The notes under the pieces are model-generated. The model made no database searches. It worked only from the letters and a program-made list of their open reading frames with translations, and was not told where the DNA came from. Positions 1 through 9,295 of a DNA stretch of 64,000 nt are shown here, one piece after another. The position numbers were made by a program, and so were the translations under genes. Source of the stretch: a virus. Lineage: Duplodnaviria; Caudoviricetes. The stretch lies in IMG/VR virus record IMGVR_UViG_3300009702_001278, positions 1,779 to 65,778 of that record. One strand, given 5' to 3'. Every line of letters begins with the position of its first letter. Position 1 is the first letter of the stretch.

Positions 1-711
1 ATCTGCTCTGGTCATCTCCATAATCAATTGTGGCACTGCCTCTGTCAAACCACATCTTGCTACTTTGTCAGGCAATTCTTGGCAGACAAACCTATAGAAT
101 ATGCCAGCGTGAGTTTTCATGCCCACATGGCCATGCTTGACTGTTGGATTTTCAGCAGTCATCATCACCCCGGTCGTTAGCATCAACTTATGGAATAATG
201 ATCCCTGAATGTCCGCTATATAAGCATCACCTCTCTCTAACACTCTTTCAAGGTGCTTACGCAGAATAAACTGCCCTGAATATATAGGAGAATCGAGCAG
301 CGCCTCGATTTGAGTACGATGCTTTTTAATAACAACGATATGGTTAACCAACTCCGGTCGGGGGTTGAGAGAACGCTTTTTGCCTGCACGATAGCCAGGT
401 CCGAAACACCTTCTGTCAATGGCATCCATCTCTAAGACTAAATTTCTAAAAGTCTCGTCATCCAGACTGTTCAGGCCCTCGCGCAACTTGTCCACAACAA
501 CAATACTAAATCGCTTGTTATGGTGGTCAGGATCAAAAATATTCCTTACTCGATAATCGTCAGCCACCTCACCCACATATTTAGGTAAATTATCTGCTAC
601 TTTTTGCCATCGGACTGCTTTGAAATAGTGCGGTCTGAAACGACTTATTGATGATCGTCTCAAGAAAAGTAACGGTTCTAAAGCAGCATCACTTTCAAAC
701 ACCTTCTGCAT
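1..711 (-). CDS. hypothetical protein, partial (runs off window start)
   Basis: Hand translation: ATG at 711 after a GGGGA RBS, open for 237 codons (MQKVFESDAALEPLL...) to position 1; absent from the ORF track because no stop is in the window. Confidence 0.7.
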   Translation of the reverse strand, partial: MQKVFESDAALEPLLFLRRSSISRFRPHYFKAVRWQKVADNLPKYVGEVADDYRVRNIFDPDHHNKRFSIVVVDKLREGLNSLDDETFRNLVLEMDAIDRRCFGPGYRAGKKRSLNPRPELVNHIVVIKKHRTQIEALLDSPIYSGQFILRKHLERVLERGDAYIADIQGSLFHKLMLTTGVMMTAENPTVKHGHVGMKTHAGIFYRFVCQELPDKVARCGLTEAVPQLIMEMTRAD

Positions 712-722
712 CTGTATTCCCC

Positions 723-1973
723 CTACAAAACTTTCAGTTTATCTGTTTCAGGCCCATAACTGTACATGCTTACAGGACCACAATTTGCGTTAATCTTGCC
801 CACAAACAGAGCCCGAAACTGAATATCATCATTATACAGGCTGTAGCTCGGCATATCAATCAGATTCCCCTCATCATACATTTTGATGCCTTCAACGTCA
901 GCCAGGGTGTCTGCATGCATCAAGGCAATCCCGGTTGCGCCGGTGATCTCCACCGCCTTGCGGGTCAGCCCCAAATCAAACCAACCTATGCGCCGTGGGC
1001 GACCAGTAGTGGTTCCATACTCGCCACCTTTTTCACGAATCTGATGAGACATACACCATTCGCAGTCACATCTCCAACTGAAAACTTCGCCATTTTTATC
1101 ATGGCATCTTATTTCTTCTAAGTTTGGATTCCTACAACCAATAAAATGAGTGCTAGGACACAGTTCGCTTGGGAATGGCCCAGCACCAACTCGGGTGGCA
1201 TAGCATTTGATTACTCCCACAATGCGGTCCAGATGAAAGTTAGGCAGTCCGCAAGCCTGTGGTATCGCAGCAGGACCAATTCCCGAAGAAGTACAATAGG
1301 GATAAGTACCAAAATCAACATCAAGGAGGATACCATTAGCTCCTTCAAATAGGATGCTTTCTCTCGTATTCTTAACTTTTGACCTAAGTATTTCATCTGT
1401 TACCCGTATCATCGGTTGCAAAAACTCCGCAGCCTCGACATATTCTGCCCACAATCCCTTACCATGAAAGGCTTCATCCACCGCGAAAAATCTCTGCAAT
1501 CGTTCATCTTGCAACTTCTCTTGCAGGTCACCCATTCGGATGGCATTCCACCGGTGTGCCTTGTCTGCGTAAGTTGGCCCGATACCTTTCTTCGTCGTAC
1601 CTATTTTGCCACCCTTTTTTATGTCCGAAGCAATATGCCAAGGCATCACACAATGAGATTTATCACTAATAAGTAAGCGACCCGTAATATCAATTCCAAC
1701 ATGCCGTAGGTCTTTAATTTCTTCGGCCAGCGAGACAGGGTTGAGCACCATGCCATGAGCCATTATCAGCATGGGCTCATTTTTAGATACTGCGCCAGAA
1801 GGGATTTGATGTAACTTGAACGTATTCCCATCCACAACAACTGTATGACCGGCGTTAGCACCGCCATTGTAACGTACAACGATATCGTGTTTTTCTGACA
1901 ATAGATGAGTGATCTTGCCTTTTCCGCAATCCCCCCAGCCCAAACCCACTACTGCTGTATACATTGGTATCAT
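723..1973 (-). CDS. purA: adenylosuccinate synthetase
   Basis: GWGDCGKGK, GGANAGHT, IGTTKKGIGPTYADK, DVDFGTYPY, EYGTTTGRPRRIGWFD motifs; shortened C-terminus. Confidence 0.93.
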   Translation of the reverse strand: MIPMYTAVVGLGWGDCGKGKITHLLSEKHDIVVRYNGGANAGHTVVVDGNTFKLHQIPSGAVSKNEPMLIMAHGMVLNPVSLAEEIKDLRHVGIDITGRLLISDKSHCVMPWHIASDIKKGGKIGTTKKGIGPTYADKAHRWNAIRMGDLQEKLQDERLQRFFAVDEAFHGKGLWAEYVEAAEFLQPMIRVTDEILRSKVKNTRESILFEGANGILLDVDFGTYPYCTSSGIGPAAIPQACGLPNFHLDRIVGVIKCYATRVGAGPFPSELCPSTHFIGCRNPNLEEIRCHDKNGEVFSWRCDCEWCMSHQIREKGGEYGTTTGRPRRIGWFDLGLTRKAVEITGATGIALMHADTLADVEGIKMYDEGNLIDMPSYSLYNDDIQFRALFVGKINANCGPVSMYSYGPETDKLKVL

Positions 1974-1993
1974 CTCTCCGACTTGAATTGTGA

Positions 1994-2437
1994 TTAATCA
2001 TCTGTTTCAAAACGGCGGGGCGGCAACTTGCCTGCCGCTTTGTAGCGAACCTTCACATTGGAACTGGAACTGATTTTATTGTTCTTCCATACCTCGGGGA
2101 CATCGCTAGGGTAAAAAAAGTCCATGACAGAACCATAGCTGTCGGCAATTTGTTCGCCATGAATATGGACCAAACAAGGATATTCCGCAGGCTCATTAAA
2201 CGAATCGTAACATCCGAAGTTTTTCTTAGCCATCCAGTCTAACCACACCTGCACCAAATCATCTGAGTTCTGCACCAACACCCACTCTCGCTTGTCCTGG
2301 CGCTTCTCAATCTCTTGTCGTCCCACACAAACGGCACAATAGTTATTCCACTGCTTATTGTCACCAGCCTGCGCGAATTCATCACCTTTGCCAATGCCGT
2401 TACAATGTGGACAGGTCAATTTGACCGGATCAGACAT
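1994..2437 (-). CDS. hypothetical protein with N-terminal CxxC...CxxC zinc-finger-like motif
   Basis: CPHCNG...CAVCVG; coupled to upstream gene. Confidence 0.6.
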   Translation of the reverse strand: MSDPVKLTCPHCNGIGKGDEFAQAGDNKQWNNYCAVCVGRQEIEKRQDKREWVLVQNSDDLVQVWLDWMAKKNFGCYDSFNEPAEYPCLVHIHGEQIADSYGSVMDFFYPSDVPEVWKNNKISSSSNVKVRYKAAGKLPPRRFETDD

Positions 2438-2910
2438 TACTTCTTCTCCTGTTTCACCTCGTACTTGACACCTTCCACGATCAGATACTTGATCTTGCGG
2501 TGATCTACAACGACGTGTAGGTGGCAGGTGGTGACATCCAAATCCTCAACCATACTACGTCCCAGCAATGGTTCAGGGCGCACCAGTCGGCCACGCAGCA
2601 CTCTCTCAGTCCCATCCAACTTCTCGAAGCATACTGTTAGCGGTCGATTGTAAGAGGAGATCAGAATCTCAGCCACCCGAGTTTTGGTGACCTTAATCTC
2701 TTGCTCAAACTGGTCCGCAGACAGACCACGCTCAACTAAGTCTTTACCCTGCACCCGAAAGTCCATATCCTCATCAATATTATGAACATCCAAGCTATTG
2801 CCGTCGTTGTTAACAACCTTAGCCCAGTAAACGAACGCCATAATGTCGTCTTTATGGATGTTCTTTGCCTTCACTGGATGGGTTACTTTGTCTACATCAG
2901 TATTCTTCAT
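2437..2910 (-). CDS. hypothetical phage protein
   Basis: 157-aa ORF with RBS, in operon context. Confidence 0.65.
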   Translation of the reverse strand: MKNTDVDKVTHPVKAKNIHKDDIMAFVYWAKVVNNDGNSLDVHNIDEDMDFRVQGKDLVERGLSADQFEQEIKVTKTRVAEILISSYNRPLTVCFEKLDGTERVLRGRLVRPEPLLGRSMVEDLDVTTCHLHVVVDHRKIKYLIVEGVKYEVKQEKK

Positions 2911-2931
2911 TTCATTTCTCCCATTACAATC

Positions 2932-4074
2932 TCACTGTTCGACATCTGCTAATCTCTGTTGAACTTCATCAATCATCCATTCGCCATCGATAAATCTCTC
3001 AGGCAATGCAAACTCGGGCAACTCCCCTGCATCCACATGTCGTGTCACATGTCCCAGCCTATGCCTTTGAGCTATCCAGTAAGCAACCGTAGTGATGCCC
3101 CACGAGGTTGCCATTTCCATAGCAGAGAATTTGGTGATTTTGTCAGCTTTCAAATCAATCCGCATTCCAACAGATTCATCCCCAGTGACTATTAAAATCA
3201 ACCTGTCTCGGTGCTGATTGGGATCGTAGGCAAGTTTTTTGTCTTGAGATAATTCCTCTGCCAATGCATCGGGGTCACTAAAGTCCCATTTCTCAACCTC
3301 TGCCCAGTGACCGGGGTATCGAATGGTCTTATAGGTATAGTTCTCAACTCCCAACTCCAATAACCATTCGGCTATCAGGGAGTTATTGGAGGTAGGAGAG
3401 CACTCAAACTCTTCATTTTTGTCGTCAAGACAATAGATATACTCTTCAACGTCGCTGCGTGCAGCAACAGAACCCACTGCCCCATTCTTGATGACTGGGA
3501 CATCACCTGTATACTCGCTAATCAACCCATATGGGTTAAAGAACAGTTTGTATTTCAGGTTATTCTTTGGTGGTTTGAGAGGTAAGCCACCGCAACGAAC
3601 ACTTATGGTCTTCGATCCCTGCTTGGCTAGGTGCGTAGCATAGACGTTCGCAATGCCGGGTGCTATTCCGCAGTCGGGAACAACAGGCACTTTCTTGCCA
3701 GTGGCAAACTCTTCCTGAGCCGCAACAACTTCTGGGTTGCCACCTAGATCACAGAAAGGAATGCGAGTTCGCACGCATCGCTCAGTCAGTTCCATATTAC
3801 AACTATATGGAGCACAACTCAAAGCAACATGAAAGCCGCCCATCTTATTGTCTGGGAATTGCGATTTATGAAACTTGACAATATGTTCCCAATGGGGATT
3901 CAGCTTATCAAGAATTGGCTTAAGCCGTTGATATGCAGATACAATCGCTCCTTCAACTGGATCGACCATTGAGACGTGTCCCGCATCGCAGTGCTTAAGC
4001 AGATCATAGACTGCGGCACACCCACATCGTCCTGCACCATATACTAGATAATTATAGTTGTCCATTCGGGTCAC
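2932..4074 (-). CDS. saccharopine dehydrogenase / lysine dehydrogenase family oxidoreductase
   Basis: Rossmann GAGRCG, DLGG, PDCGIAPG, CGGLP, YKTIRYPGH, SAMEMAT; likely start ATG at 4065. Confidence 0.82.
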   Translation of the reverse strand: MTRMDNYNYLVYGAGRCGCAAVYDLLKHCDAGHVSMVDPVEGAIVSAYQRLKPILDKLNPHWEHIVKFHKSQFPDNKMGGFHVALSCAPYSCNMELTERCVRTRIPFCDLGGNPEVVAAQEEFATGKKVPVVPDCGIAPGIANVYATHLAKQGSKTISVRCGGLPLKPPKNNLKYKLFFNPYGLISEYTGDVPVIKNGAVGSVAARSDVEEYIYCLDDKNEEFECSPTSNNSLIAEWLLELGVENYTYKTIRYPGHWAEVEKWDFSDPDALAEELSQDKKLAYDPNQHRDRLILIVTGDESVGMRIDLKADKITKFSAMEMATSWGITTVAYWIAQRHRLGHVTRHVDAGELPEFALPERFIDGEWMIDEVQQRLADVEQ

Positions 4075-4358
4075 AGACGACGACCGTTCCTACTCGCTCT
4101 TCGATGCGTGGCAAGCTAAACCCTATGTCTTGAGGGCTGGAGCCGAGGACCGTTGCATCTTCTCGCATCGGTATTTCATCAGCAGCTTTTTTTCATCTTG
4201 GGAACAGCATCGACATTTTCCTTATTCAGTACAGCCCACCCAATCTTGGGACGCAAACTCATATCGGCACCTTGGGTTGAGCCAATTATCCCAGCCACAA
4301 ACTCATAATCAAATCGATCAAAGTAGTATTGCCAAATCTACTTTTGCTATGTCGAATT

Positions 4359-5168
4359 TCATTCCTTCTTTCTCCAAGTATCTTCATCAACAGTTGCCTG
4401 GCTGATCCAGTCATCCGTCTCACAGCAGTAGCTGGTGAGGCTTTCTCCGTCAAAAGCACAGCAGTCAATCAACCTGATCTTTTCCATCTTGATCGGGGCG
4501 ACTGCATTATAGTAACTAACGGGCGTATGTCCGAAAACGCCTATTTTGTTCCAAATAGGTTCAACGTAGGCGATGTCACCACCCATTCGTCTGGGAAATC
4601 GGTTCCACAAAGGCTTAGTCGAACCCTCTGCGAACTCTGTCGGGCTGCTAGATTGGGGGTCTGCCCAAGCGTGAACAGCAAAATGAGTCTCATTTTCCCA
4701 CGTCAGGGTCAGCGTCTCATAAAACCGCTTGTGGCTCTCTGGAACCTTGCCCCGAAACTCTTCTACCACGGCTGTTGGGCTAAATCCTAAGTTATTATAC
4801 ACACCCGCAGTCACCAGATGGGAGGTTACCCCGTAACTTTCTATCGTTTCTTTCAGTCCATTTTGCATCCACCAGTAAACTACTTCGGACTCGGAAGGTA
4901 CTTCTCCATTAAATTGTTCCAGCATAGAAGTGGAGTGTTTGTTCAAAAGCCAGTCGATGACATCGCAGTGGTTGCCACGCAGACATGCGAGGATACTTTC
5001 GGTCGGCAGACCTAGAATGATATCCACGACATCTTTGGAGTTCTTGCCACGATCTGCGTAATCTCCCACAAACACAAACTTGGCCTGTGAGTCAATTGCG
5101 TGGATACGGGCAAGCAATCTCTCTAGGGTGCGAGCACACCCATGCAGGTCTGCGATAATCCAAGTCAT
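4359..5168 (-). CDS. calcineurin-like metallophosphoesterase (Ser/Thr protein phosphatase family)
   Basis: DLHG, GDYADRG, RGNH, VHA, FGHTP motifs. Confidence 0.88.
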   Translation of the reverse strand: MTWIIADLHGCARTLERLLARIHAIDSQAKFVFVGDYADRGKNSKDVVDIILGLPTESILACLRGNHCDVIDWLLNKHSTSMLEQFNGEVPSESEVVYWWMQNGLKETIESYGVTSHLVTAGVYNNLGFSPTAVVEEFRGKVPESHKRFYETLTLTWENETHFAVHAWADPQSSSPTEFAEGSTKPLWNRFPRRMGGDIAYVEPIWNKIGVFGHTPVSYYNAVAPIKMEKIRLIDCCAFDGESLTSYCCETDDWISQATVDEDTWRKKE

Positions 5169-5250
5169 AACTCGTCCTCTGACTCAAAAAGAATCGTTGC
5201 GTTGTAAATCAGGCCAGCTCCGAGAAATGGGATTAGGTCTTTTGCTCGCA

Positions 5251-5664
5251 TCATACCCTCAGTTTGATTTTGACCTTATTGTCGGCTGTCTTCTTTTGGG
5301 AAACCATCTTCAGTCCCAGCCGCTTCGCCTGCTTCAGAGTCAAGTGCTTGCCATAGACCTGTTTGATCTTATGCATGAAGTCTTGGGCTTGTTTCTTGCT
5401 GCCTGATCGGTCATACGCTGATATGATTAGTTCATATGAACCGTCAGCCTTCTTCAAAAACCCCACGTCGTTGGCGGCTGCCCCCACATGCTGACGACGA
5501 ACGATAATGTGCGCCTTCTGCTGCCTTTTATCTCCACCGTATCCGTGGAGATGTTGTGCTCCTTTATGCTCTTCAAAAACATACCCCATCTCTTCTAAAG
5601 CAGCCTTTATGGCGTCGGGGTCTGTCATCTCGACTTGGACAATTGTGTACTCGCTGATGTACAC
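5251..5664 (-). CDS. DUF1257 (Ycf35-like) protein
   Basis: SEYTIVQVEM...ALEEMGY...NDVGF...YELII pattern; start codon ambiguous (GTG 5664 or ATC 5658). Confidence 0.7.
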   Translation of the reverse strand: MYISEYTIVQVEMTDPDAIKAALEEMGYVFEEHKGAQHLHGYGGDKRQQKAHIIVRRQHVGAAANDVGFLKKADGSYELIISAYDRSGSKKQAQDFMHKIKQVYGKHLTLKQAKRLGLKMVSQKKTADNKVKIKLRV

Positions 5665-6558
5665 CTACTTTCTATCAAAAACTTGCCTCTTCCTGGCAAG
5701 AAACAGATTCGCTTCATTATACAAGTAGAAGCGCATTTTGTCAACCACGTTTCTACCACCAAAACCACAGGCATACCCTGCTGCCACTTTATTGCAGCCA
5801 CAATTGGCAGGAATGTTTGAAGCAACAAAAGTAATCACATCACTCGTGCCAAAGAACTGGCCTCTCGTGTGTCCGTCCAGGCATCTCGAAATACTACCAT
5901 CGCCGTCGAAATACCCTCTAATCCAATGCCTGACTAAATCTTCACTAAGTCTAGGGGCCTTCAGCACTTTGCTTTTACGCTCAACAATGCCGTGTTTAAT
6001 CAAAGATCGCACCATGTGGTCGCTGCAAAGATCAAGTTGAACTGCACCATCCTTGCGTTGATGAATAGGTTTATTCGATCCAACGCATTCTGACAGCTTT
6101 ACAAGATGGCTTTCATCCTTCTTTGCCAAGGTTATTGTCAAGAGTCGCTTGGCTGGCCTGTTGATTACGCATCCATCGGCGGCAATGAAACCGAGCCAGT
6201 ATGCTTTATCTTGAGTGTTTATTTCATCAAAGTAGGCGACATCCAGATCATAACTTCCCCAATGTCTGCGCTTAAGATTATGTTTGACAACCCAACTTGT
6301 GATTACGCTACGAGAAACATTACACTCAGCTGCAATTCTCTCAACTTGTTGATTTTCTTGGCAATATTTCTGCTGAAGCCACGATTTAGCACGATAAGGA
6401 TCACGAAGATTCCGCAGTTGAAACTTCTTCACCCATTCAGTGATTGTGCTTCGTCCGTGTCCGGTCTCTTTGGCTATCTGAGTGATTTGCTTTCTTTGGA
6501 CACAGAATTGATCGTATAGCCATTCTTTGTTCGTATACATCTTATCCTCCGCAGTCAT
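5665..6558 (-). CDS. LAGLIDADG homing endonuclease with N-terminal HTH repeats
   Basis: AYWLGFIAADG and WIRGYFDGDG motifs; two WL..(K/Q)(Y/F)...IA.E HTH repeats. Confidence 0.88.
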   Translation of the reverse strand: MTAEDKMYTNKEWLYDQFCVQRKQITQIAKETGHGRSTITEWVKKFQLRNLRDPYRAKSWLQQKYCQENQQVERIAAECNVSRSVITSWVVKHNLKRRHWGSYDLDVAYFDEINTQDKAYWLGFIAADGCVINRPAKRLLTITLAKKDESHLVKLSECVGSNKPIHQRKDGAVQLDLCSDHMVRSLIKHGIVERKSKVLKAPRLSEDLVRHWIRGYFDGDGSISRCLDGHTRGQFFGTSDVITFVASNIPANCGCNKVAAGYACGFGGRNVVDKMRFYLYNEANLFLARKRQVFDRK

Positions 6559-6569
6559 TCCAACTTTAA

Positions 6570-6905
6570 CTACGGAGAATATCGGTCAAGTTCCTGCCTC
6601 AATCTCATGGTAAACAGATTAACATTCGGGAAGAACGCCCCTTGTTTGGCAACTTCTTGATAGTCTATCAAGGCATTTGTCACAGCATTAGGTGAACAAG
6701 TAGGCTCGCCACTGCTTGTTAACGACAAAGACCAGCCACCGTATCTAGCAGATAACTTCAATGCAGATGTGAACGTGGGAGGCATCTGGTCATCGTGAGA
6801 GGCATCTTGCCGCAAGTCTTTTGCCGCGCAGAATAAGCAGTTGCCGTTGCAAACACTACTACCGACAAGAGCACTAACACTGTATATCCTTTCTATGCAA
6901 GCCAT
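6570..6905 (-). pseudogene. radical SAM protein, N-terminal fragment only
   Basis: CNGNCLFC (CxxxCxxC) and SGEPT motifs; homology ends at NLFT after about 99 aa. Confidence 0.7.
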
Positions 6906-7670
6906 CTAAGCACATTCTTCCGAAACGATTAGATTGCGTGAGCGCATACGTCCAATCGAATCCAAGACATTTTGGACTGTACATTGTAGTCGTGCAGCAA
7001 TGTCAAATTTGTCATGCAGACCGTCTTCCCATAGGGAGAGAACATCTTTGTCAAATGCAATGTCTTTGAATTCACGTTCAATTAAAGATCGAATTTCCTT
7101 GGTTGCCCTTCGATCACTAGAAGTGAAATACATCCCACCCGTTAAATTGCTCAACTCTTTGAACGAAGCGATCACCCAAGTCGTCAACCCAATCGAATGC
7201 AGGGTGATTCCGGCCTCTTCCATAGCTAACGCCGTCGTTTCCAGAGTCTTACCGCAAGGGCATCCATCCGGCCACGCATCATTACCGGAGATATAATACC
7301 CGTGGGGTGGGGCATCACCCACCAGAATCGCAACTCGGCGGGCATTGTTTCGCCATTTTAAGTTCTCGGCAGCAGCAACCACTCCATCGAATACTGCCTC
7401 GGGAGCGTCACCACCACCACCAAGATGGAGTTGATTGATAACTTCCTGTACGTTTACAAGCAGTACAAACTTGTGAGCCTTGGCAACAAACGTATACTCT
7501 TGTGGCTTGTGGTCTCTATACTCGACTACTCCCACTCGGACATCAACATCAGAGTGCTCTGTTAGTTCTTTGAGTATTTTGACCAAATCTTGTTTAGCAG
7601 CCATGATATACGACCCCATGCTGCCAGTCGTATCAATGATAAATGCAATGTCAAATTCATTCACAGACAT
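6906..7670 (-). CDS. von Willebrand factor A domain protein
   Basis: MIDAS DTTGSM, YRDH, GGGDAPE, GDAPPH. Confidence 0.88.
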   Translation of the reverse strand: MSVNEFDIAFIIDTTGSMGSYIMAAKQDLVKILKELTEHSDVDVRVGVVEYRDHKPQEYTFVAKAHKFVLLVNVQEVINQLHLGGGGDAPEAVFDGVVAAAENLKWRNNARRVAILVGDAPPHGYYISGNDAWPDGCPCGKTLETTALAMEEAGITLHSIGLTTWVIASFKELSNLTGGMYFTSSDRRATKEIRSLIEREFKDIAFDKDVLSLWEDGLHDKFDIAARLQCTVQNVLDSIGRMRSRNLIVSEECA

Positions 7671-7682
7671 ATCTAAGCTCCG

Positions 7683-8168
7683 TTAGCCCACAGTGATCAA
7701 GCAGCCCGTAGCTGAAGCTCTAATCTGATCCACAACGTCATTCAGTGCTGAAGTTGCTCCCAAGAAGAACACTATATCAGCATCTTGGAGTAATTGCTTC
7801 AGACGACGTAGATACGTCATATCTTCAGCTGCACGCCCTGCCGCGGAATAAAACTCATGCCATGAGAAATACGACACACTTCTGCTGTCCAAACGCAGAT
7901 TGTCTAGCGCTTCCACTGCTTTATTATAGACATCAGTGGATGAATAGACAACCACAAAATTATTGTAGCTCTGGCTAATGGCGGTCAGAGCAGCGGCGTT
8001 AAGTGCCTCACCGACAGGCCAACCCATCGGTGGGTCAATCGTGAAACCGTACAGTCTGTTGAAGTCTGAGTTATTCAGTTCATCATGCGATTCTTTGAAA
8101 TCGTGAAAATCCAATATGTATTGTTTCAGGGTCTCCGTCAATGGATGCGACATTATTATTCCTCCCAA
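7683..8168 (-). CDS. hypothetical protein
   Basis: 161-aa ORF in operon; likely start at MSHPL. Confidence 0.6.
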   Translation of the reverse strand: MGGIIMSHPLTETLKQYILDFHDFKESHDELNNSDFNRLYGFTIDPPMGWPVGEALNAAALTAISQSYNNFVVVYSSTDVYNKAVEALDNLRLDSRSVSYFSWHEFYSAAGRAAEDMTYLRRLKQLLQDADIVFFLGATSALNDVVDQIRASATGCLITVG

Positions 8169-8764
8169 TTACACCAAGATGCCTTGATATTTTGCATATC
8201 TCGGATCATATCCGTGAACTCTCTCACGCAAAGTTCTCCACCCTTGCGCGACATTACAAAGCCTTCCCCGATCATGGTATCAGATTTATTCTCAACGACA
8301 GCAATCACTTCACGAGCAGCATCAGCAGGACAGGCAGATAATCCGACCGCAGCCAGCAATGCACAATCGTTAATTTCATCTCCAATGAAGGCGATTTCAT
8401 CCCAACTGCATTTGCCAGGGCGATCACTGCATTCTACATAAGTAGATCGTACAAAGTCAAACTTATCCTGCACCCCTGCACAGACTATGATTTTCCTGCC
8501 TGCTCTCTCAAACTGAGGCATCGAAGGCTCATAAGACCCTGTTAAAGCAACACATTGGATTCCTGCGTTACTCAACATCTGGATGCCTACGAAATCGCAG
8601 GTGTTGAACTTGCGAAGATAGAATTGCGGAGTCAGTTGTAATCTCGTATCCCTGTCGTCGCAAGAGGGTGGAGACACTTTGATAGAGATTTCAGGAATGC
8701 TCGGTGAGAAATAACCCCCATCCGTAAGGCATCCGTCAATGTCAGTGATGAACAATTTAATCAT
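8156..8764 (-). CDS. KdsC-family HAD phosphatase (KDO8P/KDN9P phosphatase-like)
   Basis: DIDGCLTDG, IAFIGDEINDC, ACPADA, KGGELCVREF. Confidence 0.85.
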   Translation of the reverse strand: MIKLFITDIDGCLTDGGYFSPSIPEISIKVSPPSCDDRDTRLQLTPQFYLRKFNTCDFVGIQMLSNAGIQCVALTGSYEPSMPQFERAGRKIIVCAGVQDKFDFVRSTYVECSDRPGKCSWDEIAFIGDEINDCALLAAVGLSACPADAAREVIAVVENKSDTMIGEGFVMSRKGGELCVREFTDMIRDMQNIKASWCNWEE

Positions 8765-8923
8765 TCTTTAATCCTTACAAATACAATCTTCGGTGTCTAT
8801 ATTCGCCGATTTGGTACTCGTTGATAATTTGTGCTGGTAACCCAGCGAGCCTGGTAACCAAAAAGTATACTGTAACAACAGTCGGTATACAACACTTCCA
8901 TATCTGCAAGATTGCCATTCGCA

Positions 8924-9295
8924 CTAATTCCCGTCATTCCCAAGCGCTCTAATAAAATGATCGGCAATGCCCTGTATGGTTTTGGTGTCTGGCTCTAGAT
9001 ACCCCTTCGCATCCTTGCCGACCAAGGCGACTTCTTTCGACGGTATTGTTACGAAATTGTCTTTCACTGTATCAGGCAAAATTGGCATCACCTCTTCGTG
9101 ATAGTAAAAAGCAGAACCTGTCTCAGTTATATCCTCTGCCTTAAGTTCGTACCTAGCAACTTCGGCAGCACCCAACCGGTCAAAGTAAAAAGCTCTCCTC
9201 ACACTGGATTTATCAATCATATCCTGAATATGGCTCATGGCACAATTATCCCATTGTTCAAATTCAGGTGGCCCTAGCACATCTATTAACATCAT
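8924..9295 (-). CDS. hypothetical protein (possibly frameshift-truncated)
   Basis: 123-aa ORF; the 160 nt downstream are largely stop-free in all three minus frames. Confidence 0.5.
   Translation of the reverse strand: MMLIDVLGPPEFEQWDNCAMSHIQDMIDKSSVRRAFYFDRLGAAEVARYELKAEDITETGSAFYYHEEVMPILPDTVKDNFVTIPSKEVALVGKDAKGYLEPDTKTIQGIADHFIRALGNDGN

Noticed and set aside
723-1973. PurZ (2-aminoadenine Z-genome pathway)
   Set aside because: The catalytic Asp is retained (GDCGKG, not the GSxGKG of PurZ) and the TTGRPRR loop is PurA-like; no DatZ or MazZ recognised in the window
6570-7670. vWA-radical SAM fusion by readthrough of TAG-ATG at 6903-6908
   Set aside because: The junction falls between two unrelated domains, so ordinary stop-start coupling explains it
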